Assembly (NCBI GenBank): GCA_905178155.1
Contig: CAJINV010000002.1
Span: 6,118,476 to 6,182,475, forward strand
Length of the DNA stretch: 64,000 bases
Origin: Amoebophrya sp. A120
Lineage: Eukaryota; Protista; Dinoflagellata
Direction of reading: 5' to 3'
Under the pieces are notes generated by a model. It was not told the origin of the DNA. It searched no databases and was given only the letters and a program-made list of their open reading frames with translations. Shown piece by piece: positions 61,473-64,000 of the stretch. The position numbers and the translations under genes are program-made. Numbering within the stretch: position 1 is the stretch's first letter; each line of letters starts with the position of its first letter.

Positions 61473-63048
61473 CTAGAGTTTCAGCCGCAATTTGTTATGA
61501 ACAGACCTATCGCTAGTGTAGAAGCACCCGACATGCAGGGTGAACGGGAGCGCATCCCCTTCGGAATAAACACAACGCTCGCCGCGAAGCGCGAGTGTGA
61601 AACCTTTCACCTTCTCTGCACGGTGCAAACAATACATCAAGCAGTGCGGTGATCCTAGTCCTGGATGCAAGGCCCGTGCCGCTTCGGGTGTCAACGGATA
61701 TGCTTCACCGTTTGGTAGCGTCGGGGCGTTCTGCATCACTTCAGAGGTAACTTCGAGCTTTGGAATGCCATTCGTCGCACACTCATCCAAGAGCCGCCGA
61801 GCGAGATAGTTGACAATTTCGGCCTCGGTGCGTTCCAGGGTTTCTAGAAAAGCTGTCCAAATCGAACCATTCGGCGAACCATCACTACTCGTGATGCTGG
61901 AGTTGGTTGGCCGCGCGTTTCGTGCTAGGTCTGCAATATCGCTACTGGGCAGGCGCTCATGGCTCTCGTCTTCGACTTCGCCTAAGCTGACAAACAGTGG
62001 CGCAGCAAGTGGCGCATCCTCTTCTTCGTCGATCCTTCTTTCAAGCTCACGATCATGGTACACGTAGAAGCTTCTCCGTAGAAGCATCGTGACAACAACA
62101 TCCAGACGCGGCCGGTCCCCGTTTCTCAAGGCCGGCTATCAAATGTAAAAATGTCTGGGTCTGGAAGAATACAGACTTGTGATGCGCATTTCAGGACACA
62201 GAAAAATTTCTCATGCATAGGTAGCGAAAGCTGCTCAGTTTCCGCCACCAAAATGGGGGATTTGTCATGCGGATTCGGCATTGCGAAAGTTTCTCGAAAA
62301 CTGCGATGCTAGAGCTCCCATACCAGACTTTCTGTGTCATGCCAAAACAGCATGACTCTTCCAGACCCAGACATTTTTGCATTTGATACCGGCGCACCAT
62401 CGGCGATTTCGTCGGTGATCGCAAATCTGGTTGCGACCCCCTTCGCGGCCGTTTCGAGTATTTTCTTCATGTAGTACTCGAAAACAAGGCCGTAATCCAC
62501 GCCGATCTGGGACCTCGCTATCTTGATGGAATGGAAGTAGTCCGCATTTCGGCAATCCAAAATTTGGATGTTCTCCTGGCCCAAGAAATGCATGACTTTC
62601 TTCCGAAGAACCTCAGGCAAGGAGCGTCGCTGGTTCGTCAGATTCCGCGTCGCCAGAACACACCAAATGTTGACCTGGTATAATTGAAGACGCTGTTCGC
62701 AAAGAACATCTGTCGAGTTTGCAAAGCAATGGGAATTCAAATCTCCAAGTAAGATGCAACAGAGTCACTTGGAAAGAAGAGAAAGATAAACTACTGATTC
62801 GGAAAAAAAATATCTAGGACCTGACTCGCCAGCATTTTGTTGGCCGTTCGCTTGTCGAGATTCTGCAAGCGCCCTTCGAGCGATTCCCGGTCCAGGTCGG
62901 CAATTTTCTGGACCCACTTTTCGTAGCTCCCTTTGTACCGGAGAAGAACGTTTTCAGCGGTGATTTTTGTTGGCTGGTTCGCCAGCTGCGGCTCCGCAGG
63001 TCCGTTTCCGGCAGGGACGGCTGCGGATGAAGAGGAGGCGGACGACAT
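61473..63048 (-). CDS. ~390-aa hypothetical protein; GT-AG intron 62675-62820 and one introner intron
   Basis: MLASQ|VNIWC and DGAP|ALRNG junctions in frame; LPEVLRKKVMHFL weakly F-box/SOCS-box-like. Confidence 0.6.
62137..62388. mobile_element. Introner family A
   Basis: TIRs; perfect CCGGC repeat. Confidence 0.92.
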
Positions 63049-64000
63049 GCTGTGCGTTTGTTCTTCGAAAAATTTACTTTTTCTTCTATCGGCTTTGAAT
63101 ATGACAAACACAAATGAATGCTTTCTTTGGGGTACGAATACGATATTTGAAATGCCTCTAGTGAAAAAACATTAGATCAAAACGGAAGATGGAAGTCTGT
63201 CGGAAAGGAGTGACGTGTCGGTCGAGGGCTCCCTCTTCCAGGGACTAAGTCATCGATCAGCTAGATTCGAACGAACAAGTACAATCGAGGAAGGGGATCT
63301 CTCATCCCGTTGACCATTTGCACTGTCACAACCTAGCACCAGCAGAGTGAATGCTTCACTCCTTTTGCGTCGAACAAAAATGCGCCTCTTTTTTTGCTTT
63401 TTCGACTCGCTCTCGATTGCAGCCAAGCATCAACAGACTTGTAAATACGCTACGGCAATCAAAGAATTTGTGTTGCAGCAAAAACTGCGACCATTTTGTG
63501 TTTTTCGGAAGAGGTAGAAAAAGGACTTGATTCTCATTGTAGTACATGCTTTATTCCTTTCGCTTCATAATCGTGCTCCCACCAACTAGCGGGAAAACTT
63601 TGGAATTAAAAAATGAGGTCTAGATCGGCATATCGTATTCACGGTGCGCGTTTCCATTTGCCTAAGCCTATTCGAATTCAGGGGAACGCAATAAGATATG
63701 CAGTAATTTGCTCCTGCTGCGCGCGACTTTTGGTACATGATCTGTCGTCATCCAACCAGTCTCACTACGATTCCAGCTTGCCGCACGACCGGGTACTTAG
63801 GTGCAGTTAGCTCTTCTGGTGCTACATGCTCAAATATCCTCGAAGTGCCCCACGTGCTCGATTTCGTCTGATGGCAGTTCTTTCCATACTGCTGCGAGTG
63901 CATGTGCTGCAAGCAAGCGATTTATTAGCTGGACTCGTGGATATTGCGCTAGTTGATATTGCCTCACTCTTCCTCCTCCTCGACCTCTGCCTCCTCTTCC

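Noticed and set aside
6087-62388. CRISPR array suggested by recurring 30-bp repeats with unique spacers
   Set aside because: Repeats occur as inverted pairs bounding homologous interiors with 5-bp duplications; the 'spacers' are in-frame exons; no cas genes; eukaryotic context
6135-62555. Family of small ORFs with CKNVWVWK / FQTQTFLHL / PDPDIFAF / SRPRHFCN / QKCLGLE peptides
   Set aside because: These are six-frame translations of the family-A TIR, not proteins
1-64000. Genome-wide stop-codon reassignment
   Set aside because: ORFs of 1264-1787 codons are open in the standard code, with Gln encoded by CAA/CAG
1-64000. tRNA/rRNA genes and an autonomous transposase
   Set aside because: None recognisable by eye

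Overview
Eukaryotic, gene-dense DNA with nearly all recognisable genes on the minus strand. Architecture and intron style strongly resemble the parasitic dinoflagellate Amoebophrya (Syndiniales); this assignment is inference. The dominant feature is 38 short (145-322 bp) non-autonomous elements in about 7 terminal-inverted-repeat (TIR) families. Nearly all start TAT and end ATA, each is flanked by a 5-bp direct repeat (25 perfect, 13 imperfect), and every one sits inside a coding region. Removing the element plus one repeat copy restores the reading frame in all 38 cases without a shared GT-AG rule, so they behave as introner-type non-canonical introns. After in-silico removal the fragmented ORFs join into a CobW/COG0523 GTPase, PIG-M, a cyclophilin, a divergent 14-3-3-domain protein, an ~1140-aa MIT-like/low-complexity protein and an ~3500-aa ankyrin-like protein. 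Further patterns: elements occur in both orientations; single mismatches between the two direct-repeat copies are almost always synonymous; a TGTCATGC-type motif is shared by all families; insertions cluster; and three unexplained GC-rich intergenic islands occur at about 6-kb spacing.
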